The position numbers and the translations under genes are program-made. From the IMG/VR virus record IMGVR_UViG_3300034279_000888, positions 1 to 37,468 of that record: a stretch of DNA of 37,468 nucleotides. One strand, written 5' to 3'. Shown in pieces: positions 17,001 through 25,200 of the stretch (the first letter of the stretch is position 1; each line of letters opens with the position of its first letter). A model generated the notes under the pieces. It was given only the letters and a program-made list of their open reading frames with translations. It searched no databases and had not been told where the DNA came from. This stretch comes from a virus (Duplodnaviria > Caudoviricetes).

Positions 17001-20000
17001 AAAGCGGCTCCTCTGCGCCTGGAGCGCTCCGATCTGCAAGTCGAGCCACTGCAATCGTTGCAGGTCAACTCTGTCGAGTGGGGTCTGCTCGTCGAGCAGC
17101 ATGCTGCGCTCCTCTCGCGCCGCCTCCAGCTGCGGCTCGATCGACGCCACAGCGTCGCGAGCCTGCTGCATCTTCCGACGATGACCTGGGAGTGCCGCGA
17201 TGGCGACCGTCGTCAGGTTGGTGTTCAGCCACATCGCCTCGGCAGCTACGAGCCGCGCGCGAAGCTCGCCATGCACAGCCTCCAGAACGGCTTGGTCGCG
17301 CGCCTTCGGGTCGACGAGGTTGCCGAACTCCTGCTGCATGCGCTCGTCGAGACGGGCATCGATCGCCTGCTGTGGAGTCGGGGCAGCTGCCAGGGTCGAC
17401 ATCATGCCGGCGACGTCGGCCCGCATCGTGCCATCTGGGTCGTTGCTCACGAAGCCAAACGCTGTCGCCACCTGCTCGGGGTCTGCGCCGCCCCTGCGCA
17501 TGTACTTGTCGAGATTGACCGTGACCGAGATCAAGTTCCCGGACGGATCACGCTCGATGCGCGAGAACGCCGCCAGATCCGGCATGCGCGCAATCGCGTC
17601 TCGATCCAACTTATGCCCGTGCGCGGCCTTGCTGTCGTCGCGCGCGGTCTGACCATCCTGCCCCACCAGGATGCCGGTCTTGAAGTAACTGATCAGCCGG
17701 TACACCGGCTGCTCCATGACCTCTGCCGTGACTTCGGCCCGCAGGCGCTCCCTCTGCGCTCGCGCGGCGCGTTCGCGGTCGGCAGAAGCCCTCGCAATCG
17801 CAGGCTGCGACAGCTGCAACTGACGCACGCTCTGCTGCGTCAGCTGCGACACCGACTCCAGCCGCTGCGCCTCCATCAGTTCCTGCAACTCCTGCCACTG
17901 GTCGTCGCTTCCAGGGAACTGCTCGCGCGTCTGGAACAGAGGCTCCAGAGCGTTGGCCGTGATGGCGGAATCGACCGACTGCTCGGCCGCAAGCATGCGC
18001 CCCATGACGGCACGCACCTCGTCGGTCAGCATCGGCAGGTCGTGGCCCGTGGCGGCCCGGTACGCGACGTTGATGTTCTCAATCACCTCTCGGTAGTACC
18101 TGCGGATCCATCGGGACAGGCGATCGAACAAGCCGCGCAATCCTGGCGTCGGAGCGACGCCCTCGAACAGGTACTTCTCGTAGCTGTACGCGAACGCCTC
18201 CCAGTGCCGCTCCTGCTCCTGCATGGTCATGGCGTTCCACGTCGCGAGGTCCGCAACGCCGAACCAGCCAAGCAGAACCTGCACGTCGCGAAGGTGCCTC
18301 GGGTTCGGCCAAGGACGCGACGCCGAGCGGAACAGGTAGCGCATCATGTTGTGCGCCTGCTCGTGGACGTGCGCCTTCAGGTTGCCAGTGTGCAGCAGGC
18401 GGGCGCGGCGCGTGTTGATGTCGATGTTGGCTTCTTCTTGGGATCCCTCGCTGTACAGGATGCTGGTGTTCGTCTGATCGTCTCGCTCGTCGAGAGGGAT
18501 TACCGAGCCGTCTTCGGTGAACGTAACGGCATCGGCGAGCTTGATTTGCTCAGGACGGAATACGATGTACGAGTCGCGTGCCTCAGGAATGCGGCGAAGG
18601 AACTCTTCGTCGGTGGACACTTGATGAACTCGACTCCACTGCGCGTTGTCACTGTACGCTTGCGCTGCGACCTGTGCGCTCAAGGATCGTCTCTGTTTCG
18701 ATCCAGGATCGCCAATCGCTATCTCGCGCCGATTCAGGTACACGACGCTGTCGTAGCCGTGCATCTGTATCAGTAGCTGAAGCCCAATCTCTTCAAGCTC
18801 CGCTTGCCCGACGTCGCTTGGCTTAATCGTTGGAGACGTCAGCCACGACCTTGCAACACGTTCGTAGTCGGGGTCGACAGGCTTTTCTCCAATCGAATAC
18901 CTGAATGCGTCGTGAGCTTTGTAGGTCTTCCCGATGGTGCCTGTAAGTAGCAATGACTTAACAATCTGCTCAAGTTGATCGAGTGCTGCGTAAGCCGCAG
19001 TCTGGTCTCCTCCAAACCAACCCATGTTGGTGAGTTGTGGGATAACTCGACCACTAGTCCAGATTCCAACATCTTGAAGACGTAGCGGGTTCCTGATCTT
19101 CAGGTAGACGCTGAACAACTTCTTCTTGTCAAGCTCCCCACTGTTGCTTGAGGCAAACTTGCCTGCGACCGCAGGCTCGACGCTGAAGTGGGCACCAAGG
19201 TTGCCCGTCTCGTAGACCGTCTTGAAGACGGTGAACGGCTTCGCCGCCGCGTGAGCCGTCACCGGAACATCGACAGAGGTTCCGTGGAACGCGCGTACAA
19301 ACCCAGACGCAGCAGCAGACTGGTCGCGCAGCTGCTGCACCGGAGCACGCTGCTCTGGCGTCGAGTTGGCGAACTTCTCCGGCGTGCCGATGTCGGCGGC
19401 GCGCACGGCGTCCATGTACTGCTCGCGCAACACGCCGACGCCCTTCGACGACAGACGCTTGCCGGCAGTCGGCTTGTTGGCCTCCTGTAGCTCAAGCGGC
19501 TTCGGCCACTCGACCATCGGGCCTTGGTCACGCTTGTACTTGCCCCTCCAGTTCGGATTGAAGGCGTACCAGAGGACGTCGGGTCGGCCGTCCTGCCACT
19601 CCTTGAACTTCTCGTAGTCCCAGTCCTCTGGCTTCTGCTTGTCGTCCCACGGCATGCGCGCAACCGGGTACAGCCCGTGCGCGGCGTAGATGGACGGCAG
19701 CGCAGTGTCGAATGAATCGGCCTTCCACCCGCCCTGGTCGATGGCGAGTTGCAGCATGTAGGTCATGTCCCCACGCTTGCTGGGGCTGCCGAAGCACGAC
19801 ACGATGTCGCCGTCCTTCTTCAACGCAAAACCGGCCTCGCCGTCGTCGGTGAGGAACAGCCGCATGAGCAGGTAGTCCTCGGCAGGGTAGGCGTGGACTG
19901 CGGCCCCGTACTGCGTGTTGGCCTTCTTGCTTGCCAGCACCGCTTGCCGGAACGCTTCTGCGCTTCCCTTCTCGCCCTTCCTCAACTCCACGATGCGGCG

Positions 20001-23000
20001 CGGGCGCATGCCGGCGTCGCGCATGATCTGCATGAACGCCGGAGGGATGATCCACTCGGTGCCCTTGAGTTCGACGCCGAGAAGCTCGCCTAGCCGTACA
20101 GGCGCAGCATCTCGCGCGCTGCTGTTTCGCTTACTCCATTCACCCGCATCACCTCCTGCACCAGACTCTCTCCACTGTCGGACGATGGTGCCGGTGTTGT
20201 ACTTGGCACGCTCGTTGACCTCGCCGAGGACGGTGTCGCTGGCTTGTTCCCGCCAACGATCAAGACGCCGTCGCCGATCACTGCCGATGCCTCGACCTGC
20301 TCCCACTTCAAGGGCTTCTTTTCGATCATGTGAGAACCACGCACTGAAGAACTGCTGGCTTTCGACGAGAGGGTCGCCACCGATGGCGGCCCCCAGCGTC
20401 TCCAGCGAAGCATCGGATGGTAGCACAGCCAGCATGAAGCTGTTGTGCGTGAACGTGTCATGGAACCCGGCCTGCGCCAGCTTGGCCTGCAACCCACGAA
20501 TCTGGTCGGGCGTTGCGCCGGCCGCGATGCGGAGCGCCGCAGTCGTCGTCGCGGTGGCGTCCACGAACTTGGACGCCGACACTGCGGTGACGTTGTCCAG
20601 CCCGAACACGTTCCCGATGGCGCGGGCGATCTGGCGCGTGTTGGCCGTGTTCGGGATCGTCACCGTGATCGCCAGCGACGCCTCGCCGTTCTGCATGGCG
20701 ACGGTCGTTCCGACAGTGCCAGCCGTCTCAAACTCGGCCAGCACCTTGGGCAGGAAGTCGCCGATGACCTTCGACGAGACCTGCATCTTCTGCTCGTCGG
20801 TCAGCTTGGCGTAGCGACCAGCCAGAGCCGCGTCGGACGTCGCCGGCTGCACCGGCAGCATCAGGGTCACGTTCGGATCCGGCTTGGCATCGGCGCGCTC
20901 GTTCACCACGGCGTCCATGGCCGCGCGCGACTCGCCTGCGTAGCTCGACGCTGGCTCGATCTCCGTCGAGACGTCGACCCACTCAGGGCGCGTGATGCCT
21001 TCCGCCAGCTTCCAGATCGCCTCGCGGGTTTCCTCCAGCGTGGCCTCGCCGGCACGGTACTTCGCCCACAGGTCGTTCACCGGCTTCTTCATGCCGGACT
21101 TCTTCGCAGCCTCAAACAGCCCGCGAATGGCTTCCCAGGTGATCGACTGCTCTTCACGGACCTGGACGCCGGTCTGCGCAGCCGCTCGACGGTACGCATC
21201 CAGGAAGATCGCGTAGCCACCGTGCAGGCCAAGCCGCGCGTCCTTCACCTTGCCGCCAAGCCCGTAGGCGACGGCGTCGTCGCTGGCCGACAGCGGCATC
21301 ATCAGTGCCGCAGCGATGGCGTGCGTGTCGATCGTCGCCGCAGGCAAGAACCATGGCGAGTAGATGTTGTTGTAGAAGTTGCGGACCTTGTGCGCGCCTC
21401 CAACCTGGACGTGGATGTTCTCGAAACGCCCGTCCTCGAAGATCGAGATCGCCTTCAGGATCGTGTTGTAGCTGCCCCATCGCAGCTTCGCTTCCTTCCT
21501 TGCGTCCGGCTTGCCGGTCATGCTCGGGCCAGCCATGCCGCCTTCCGGCGTGATGATCGCGAAGCTGCGCGAGTTGTGCGCCTCGTCGAACAGGCGCACC
21601 CAGTAGCCAGCCATGCGGAGATCGCCAGCGTCGAGAAGATCCTTGAGCGTGCCGCTGCGAGCCAGCTGCATCGATGGGCCAGCGTTGAAGGCGTACAACT
21701 CCGCACGCTTGGCCTCGGCCGCAGGGATCTGCTTCTCCAGCTTCGCCTTGGCCGACTCGTACTCCTCCATCAGCTTGGGGTACTCCTCCTTGCGCTCGGC
21801 GAACTCCTCAGCGGTCTCCGACTTGATGCGGCGCGGACGCACCGGCCGCTCGGGCTTGGTGATCTTGTGCGCAGCGATCTCTTGCAGCAACGCCTCAGTG
21901 CCTTCCTTGTCCTGCGTCTCGCGAGCCTCGCCGAGTGCATCCTCAAGCTCTTCCAGGCGCTCTTCGTAGACCGCAAGCTCCTCTTCGTACTGCTGCATCA
22001 GCTTGTCGCGCCTGCGAGCGAAGCGTTCGCGACGACGATCCCACTGCTCGTCGGTCTCTCCAACGACCGGCTTGGACGGGCGCGTCGGCTTCTCAAGCGA
22101 AGCCAGCTTCAGCTTCAAGGTGGCGACGTTGGCATCCTTCGACGCCATGAGCCTCTGCCACAAAGCCTCCATCCCTGGAGTCCACGTCGCGTCGCGCTTG
22201 GAGAACAGGATGTCGGCGATCCTGTCCCCCATGCTGACGTTCTCGAACCAGTTCTTCTGCGGAGACAGCACAGCCAGGATGCCGGCTGCCTGCATGGGCG
22301 AGATGTTGTACCGCTTCGCCATCCAGTCGGCGATGCGACGCGCGCCGACATACCACAGCTTGGCGCGCGCACGCCACTCTGGATTCATGCGCTCGTGCAA
22401 CCAGACAAGGTTGTCGCGCGCAAAGTCGATGAATCCTTCGATCTGCTGCTCGGGCGTCTGAGTCTCGTCCCAGCGGTAGGCGACGCCGAGATCGCTGTCC
22501 TTCAGCACGTCGAGGTTGCTGCTGACCAAGTCGGGGTTGGTCTTCATCACCGACCAGTCGACGAGCAGCTTCTCGTCCAGTGCCTGCATCTCAGCGCCCT
22601 TTGCCGTCGGCACGCGCGTCGATGCTTCCATCGGTGCCGACGTCCCCTCTGGAGTGGGGAGAGGCGTCGGTTCCTGCCTCGGCGACGGCATGCCCATGCT
22701 CGCCAGACGACCCGGCTTCCAGCCGGCGACCTGCTTGGCAGACTTGAGCAGCTTGAGCAACTCGGCGGCCCGCTTCTTCTGGTTGCCTGCGCCTTCCTGC
22801 TTGGCGATCGTGGCCGCCAGACGCTCGTCGGTGATGCTGCCGGCGGCCCACTTCGCCGCGTCAGGACCGAATCGATCGGCCAGCACGCCGATCTGGCGCA
22901 GGGCGGCGGCCTGCTGCCGGCGAGACAACATGCCGCCGAAGCCCGCCGGCTGCTCCGCGCCGTACACGAACGACTCCAGCTGCTGGCGCTCGGCGTCGGC

Positions 23001-25193
23001 GATCGTCGCGGCTGGGTCGGTGAGCAGATCGAGCGCCTCGGTGCGGCGGCGCTCCAGGTCGGGGTCCACGGCAGCAGGGGCTGCCTCTGCCGCAGCAGGC
23101 TCCTGCGTCGTGGCGACAGCGCTCTCTGGCCGGTTCTCCCAGATGATCCCCTCGGTCGCGGCAGCCTCGGACAGCGACTTGCCCTCGTCGATGGCGACGC
23201 CCTGAAGGAACAGCACCTCGACCTCTGCGGCGTCTGCGGCGTCCTGGCGGCCCTGCTCGGTGTCGGGGAACTTCCCGCTGGCGACGTACTTCTCGGCCAG
23301 CTGCGCGACGGCTTGGTCGCGCGCGGTGTCGTTCTGGTCCTGGGTCAGCTGCGACGCCGGGATGCTCATCACGGTGGCGTCTGCGGGGGTCATGACCGTC
23401 GCGATGCCGCCGACCTGCTCTCCAGCCGGCGGCGTCTGCTGCGGCAGCGCGGCTTCTGTCTCCAGGAACTCTTGCAGCGCCTTCTCGCTCTGCTGCCGCT
23501 CGGCCTTGGTCATGCCGTCGGCGAAGAACTTCAGCAAGCCCTGCGTCTCCAACCCCAGGCCGATCCGCTTGCCGGCGAAGTGCTCGACGAAGTCGGCGAC
23601 CGAGATCTTGACGTCGACCGTGTCGTCGACGGCTTCGTCGACTTGCCGCGCCACATCGGGCAGCAACTCGCGCAGCGTCCGAGTCGCACGACCATCGCCG
23701 ACGGCTCCTTCCTCGCGAGCCACGCGCGACGGCGACGCGCCTGTCTGCGCAGCGACGTCGGCACGCTCGAAAGCATCGGCCTGCTCCAGGGCGTCGCGCA
23801 TGTCGCGGACGTTGACGTACACGTTCTCGATGCCGTCACGCTTCAGGATCTTGCCAAGGCTCTCGGCGGCGGCGGCGGGCGCGTTCGCCATCACCTCTGT
23901 GCTGCGCATCTCGTTGAGGGCCGTCGTCCACTTCTTGGTCTGGTGCTCCGAAGCTCGGGCAAATGCCCTGTCGCGACGCAGCCGCCACGAGGCACCAGCG
24001 ATCGACAGCGGGGCGATGCCGACGGCTGCCGCACCCATCTCGGCCCATGCCTCCGACCACATCTGCTCGCCCATCGCCGACCAGTCGAGCCGGTTGCCGT
24101 AGGCTGGGTCGGAGTTGGCGCGCGCGACGTGATCGCCGGCAACCATGACCGCCTTCTGCAAGCCCTCGGTCAGGGTCTCCATGCCCCACGACGTCAGCAT
24201 GTTCTTGCGCCACGCTGCCCATGCCTGCTTCTCGGTGACGTTCTCAAACGTCTTGGCCGCACCTCGCAGAGCACCGCGAACAAGCTGGCCGCGCCACGGC
24301 TGCGACACCGCCTTGAAGCCGACGGCGTCGATAGCGCCAGCAGCGACCGAGGCAATCGCCAGGGCCGGCGCTGCGCTGCTCAGGTCGATGGGTTCCTGCC
24401 CGGCGCTTACGCGATCTGCGTTCTCCAGGGACAACTCTGCCATCGCGGAACCGAACTCAAAGCTCGACGCGAACGCGCCGCCGGCAAGCGGGGCCGTGAT
24501 GAACGCAAGGGGGCCAGATACCGCAGCAGTGCCAAGGGACACAGCAGCCGTTTCTGCCACGAACATCGACGTCTGGATCACCGTCTGCCCAGCCCACGAG
24601 AACCAGCCGTCGTTCTCGTCCGACAGCAGGTTCTGCATGCGGCTCAGGTACTTCAGCCGCTCGATGGTCGCCGGGTCGCCACCGTTGGCGAACGCTTCCA
24701 TGCCCAGCGTGCTCGTCTCCATCTGCGCCAGCTGGCCCTGCACCTGCCGGCCAAACCAGCCGAGACCGCTGATCTCCGCGCGCGCCAGATTGTCGCCTTC
24801 CTGGCCGAGGATCTTCGACCACTGCGGGTCGGTCATCAGGCTGTACGCCAACGGAGCCGTCTGGCGGATCTCCTCCAGCCTCTTCCGCTGGTAGTTCGCC
24901 ATGTCGGCCATGACCTCGGGGCTGCGGTCCGCAACCATCGGATCGATGCCGCGATCCTTCGCGAACTGCTGCGCCTGCTGGTACAGGGCCACGTCCTGCT
25001 TCAGGCTCTGCTGCCACAGCGTGAACACGTCGGCCTCCTGCTGCGGAGGCTCGTTGTGCGGCGCGAGAACCATGCGCGGCGCGACGTCTTGCAGCGGAGG
25101 CGGCGCAGAGGCTCGCATCTGCTCGGCCTGCTGCGACAAGCCCTGCTGCGCCACTTCTCGCTGCGGATCCTGGAACGGAGTCAGGTCGGTCAT
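14085..25193 (-). CDS. Giant internal virion (ejection) protein, polyvalent type, 3702 aa
   Basis: Last and largest of three internal virion genes. Contains HhH-GPD-like (HKVRNF..TIDTH), GNAT-like, ART-like (FHGT..VYLKIRNP..GYDS..YIVFRPEQIK) and HEQAH motifs. Confidence 0.85.
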   Translation of the reverse strand: MTDLTPFQDPQREVAQQGLSQQAEQMRASAPPPLQDVAPRMVLAPHNEPPQQEADVFTLWQQSLKQDVALYQQAQQFAKDRGIDPMVADRSPEVMADMANYQRKRLEEIRQTAPLAYSLMTDPQWSKILGQEGDNLARAEISGLGWFGRQVQGQLAQMETSTLGMEAFANGGDPATIERLKYLSRMQNLLSDENDGWFSWAGQTVIQTSMFVAETAAVSLGTAAVSGPLAFITAPLAGGAFASSFEFGSAMAELSLENADRVSAGQEPIDLSSAAPALAIASVAAGAIDAVGFKAVSQPWRGQLVRGALRGAAKTFENVTEKQAWAAWRKNMLTSWGMETLTEGLQKAVMVAGDHVARANSDPAYGNRLDWSAMGEQMWSEAWAEMGAAAVGIAPLSIAGASWRLRRDRAFARASEHQTKKWTTALNEMRSTEVMANAPAAAAESLGKILKRDGIENVYVNVRDMRDALEQADAFERADVAAQTGASPSRVAREEGAVGDGRATRTLRELLPDVARQVDEAVDDTVDVKISVADFVEHFAGKRIGLGLETQGLLKFFADGMTKAERQQSEKALQEFLETEAALPQQTPPAGEQVGGIATVMTPADATVMSIPASQLTQDQNDTARDQAVAQLAEKYVASGKFPDTEQGRQDAADAAEVEVLFLQGVAIDEGKSLSEAAATEGIIWENRPESAVATTQEPAAAEAAPAAVDPDLERRRTEALDLLTDPAATIADAERQQLESFVYGAEQPAGFGGMLSRRQQAAALRQIGVLADRFGPDAAKWAAGSITDERLAATIAKQEGAGNQKKRAAELLKLLKSAKQVAGWKPGRLASMGMPSPRQEPTPLPTPEGTSAPMEASTRVPTAKGAEMQALDEKLLVDWSVMKTNPDLVSSNLDVLKDSDLGVAYRWDETQTPEQQIEGFIDFARDNLVWLHERMNPEWRARAKLWYVGARRIADWMAKRYNISPMQAAGILAVLSPQKNWFENVSMGDRIADILFSKRDATWTPGMEALWQRLMASKDANVATLKLKLASLEKPTRPSKPVVGETDEQWDRRRERFARRRDKLMQQYEEELAVYEERLEELEDALGEARETQDKEGTEALLQEIAAHKITKPERPVRPRRIKSETAEEFAERKEEYPKLMEEYESAKAKLEKQIPAAEAKRAELYAFNAGPSMQLARSGTLKDLLDAGDLRMAGYWVRLFDEAHNSRSFAIITPEGGMAGPSMTGKPDARKEAKLRWGSYNTILKAISIFEDGRFENIHVQVGGAHKVRNFYNNIYSPWFLPAATIDTHAIAAALMMPLSASDDAVAYGLGGKVKDARLGLHGGYAIFLDAYRRAAAQTGVQVREEQSITWEAIRGLFEAAKKSGMKKPVNDLWAKYRAGEATLEETREAIWKLAEGITRPEWVDVSTEIEPASSYAGESRAAMDAVVNERADAKPDPNVTLMLPVQPATSDAALAGRYAKLTDEQKMQVSSKVIGDFLPKVLAEFETAGTVGTTVAMQNGEASLAITVTIPNTANTRQIARAIGNVFGLDNVTAVSASKFVDATATTTAALRIAAGATPDQIRGLQAKLAQAGFHDTFTHNSFMLAVLPSDASLETLGAAIGGDPLVESQQFFSAWFSHDRKEALEVGAGRGIGSDRRRRLDRWREQASDTVLGEVNERAKYNTGTIVRQWRESGAGGDAGEWSKRNSSARDAAPVRLGELLGVELKGTEWIIPPAFMQIMRDAGMRPRRIVELRKGEKGSAEAFRQAVLASKKANTQYGAAVHAYPAEDYLLMRLFLTDDGEAGFALKKDGDIVSCFGSPSKRGDMTYMLQLAIDQGGWKADSFDTALPSIYAAHGLYPVARMPWDDKQKPEDWDYEKFKEWQDGRPDVLWYAFNPNWRGKYKRDQGPMVEWPKPLELQEANKPTAGKRLSSKGVGVLREQYMDAVRAADIGTPEKFANSTPEQRAPVQQLRDQSAAASGFVRAFHGTSVDVPVTAHAAAKPFTVFKTVYETGNLGAHFSVEPAVAGKFASSNSGELDKKKLFSVYLKIRNPLRLQDVGIWTSGRVIPQLTNMGWFGGDQTAAYAALDQLEQIVKSLLLTGTIGKTYKAHDAFRYSIGEKPVDPDYERVARSWLTSPTIKPSDVGQAELEEIGLQLLIQMHGYDSVVYLNRREIAIGDPGSKQRRSLSAQVAAQAYSDNAQWSRVHQVSTDEEFLRRIPEARDSYIVFRPEQIKLADAVTFTEDGSVIPLDERDDQTNTSILYSEGSQEEANIDINTRRARLLHTGNLKAHVHEQAHNMMRYLFRSASRPWPNPRHLRDVQVLLGWFGVADLATWNAMTMQEQERHWEAFAYSYEKYLFEGVAPTPGLRGLFDRLSRWIRRYYREVIENINVAYRAATGHDLPMLTDEVRAVMGRMLAAEQSVDSAITANALEPLFQTREQFPGSDDQWQELQELMEAQRLESVSQLTQQSVRQLQLSQPAIARASADRERAARAQRERLRAEVTAEVMEQPVYRLISYFKTGILVGQDGQTARDDSKAAHGHKLDRDAIARMPDLAAFSRIERDPSGNLISVTVNLDKYMRRGGADPEQVATAFGFVSNDPDGTMRADVAGMMSTLAAAPTPQQAIDARLDERMQQEFGNLVDPKARDQAVLEAVHGELRARLVAAEAMWLNTNLTTVAIAALPGHRRKMQQARDAVASIEPQLEAAREERSMLLDEQTPLDRVDLQRLQWLDLQIGALQAQRSRFAGAAESTVPQLMLAQAAAGQARKNLSTRVIGEINPRDFLAQERRSATEAQQALRKDITSMPQGGRDVRYRAASQAKLRQLLYQQMTAEALTIRREAEQFRTFVSRLFNIGQTRARKLEMLYVHAAQALLTEAGYAPASFTPERAEQIWSTVQQLDAALWAQIEPTVTGLRQLIASLPRQTITGRGNDQPPWRRMTVEQWRTLRDVIEALHDAAVERGEVVFDQRRQSFRDARDLLLQAISDRGIRGPVPGRDRKRTDTEEKLSWFGSFVAKWKRVEHTMLRFDGGTPGIWTKLIWTPINDAFVRYEARRQSVLSTYATILRSAPLDADVPAAQRRIEFRSRDGRLIYTFADMRELLGALLHIGNQSNKRKLLLGGTGYGKAFGFLERDAATNEMVLNSQEWDAFVEALNESGRLQATHWKFLQAVWDLNESLLPSIQGAHKRITGSIMRTVGRTPIVNRYGTFSGGYVPAKIDSTKSPIGARVESIAELQADMRQQLPMADDGFTRERNESVHEPLSFDLRMIESHIDQVVRYTEVAPVVNDVNRLLTDYTVMQEMHLMDPTLYQEVLRPFLSRALNNTTSQPHNSKAFNWLFSGLRRNTTLGKMFLNVPNALQNISGLPIALLRIPMRHWAHAIWSFVSGGWGTMAQNCQRSEFMRQHLGNQMSTLINEMRTYVEQPTAYGRARQWFGQHGLFLQGFTQNMVDTIVWNAAFDEQLATADASWTEDEVRAHAVSYADSVVRTSQLVLRAIDVSAGEAGTPFERLLTQFMSYFNSVAQANATAWEAALRSVNWNVPRAVPHLLWAYLVGLALPAVVGEALVRLLGRGFEEEDDDGRMVTAWFDMVVGSQVRFAAGAIPFGQQLASATVNGWDDVKYNDRMSAGPAIESLMRAIGSLDDVLAVTLGGGKVSPTMPRDFMTLLTMISGGLPFEAAGRPLGFAARVSAGSVEPETALDWARGLISGQARAGITNR

Positions 25194-25200
25194 GGTCTTG

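Noticed and set aside
13530-18776. 1748-aa plus-strand ORF (also 20445..25226, 26767..28668, 28635..30641)
   Set aside because: Antisense shadows of GC3-biased minus-strand genes; Arg/His-rich, no recognisable motifs
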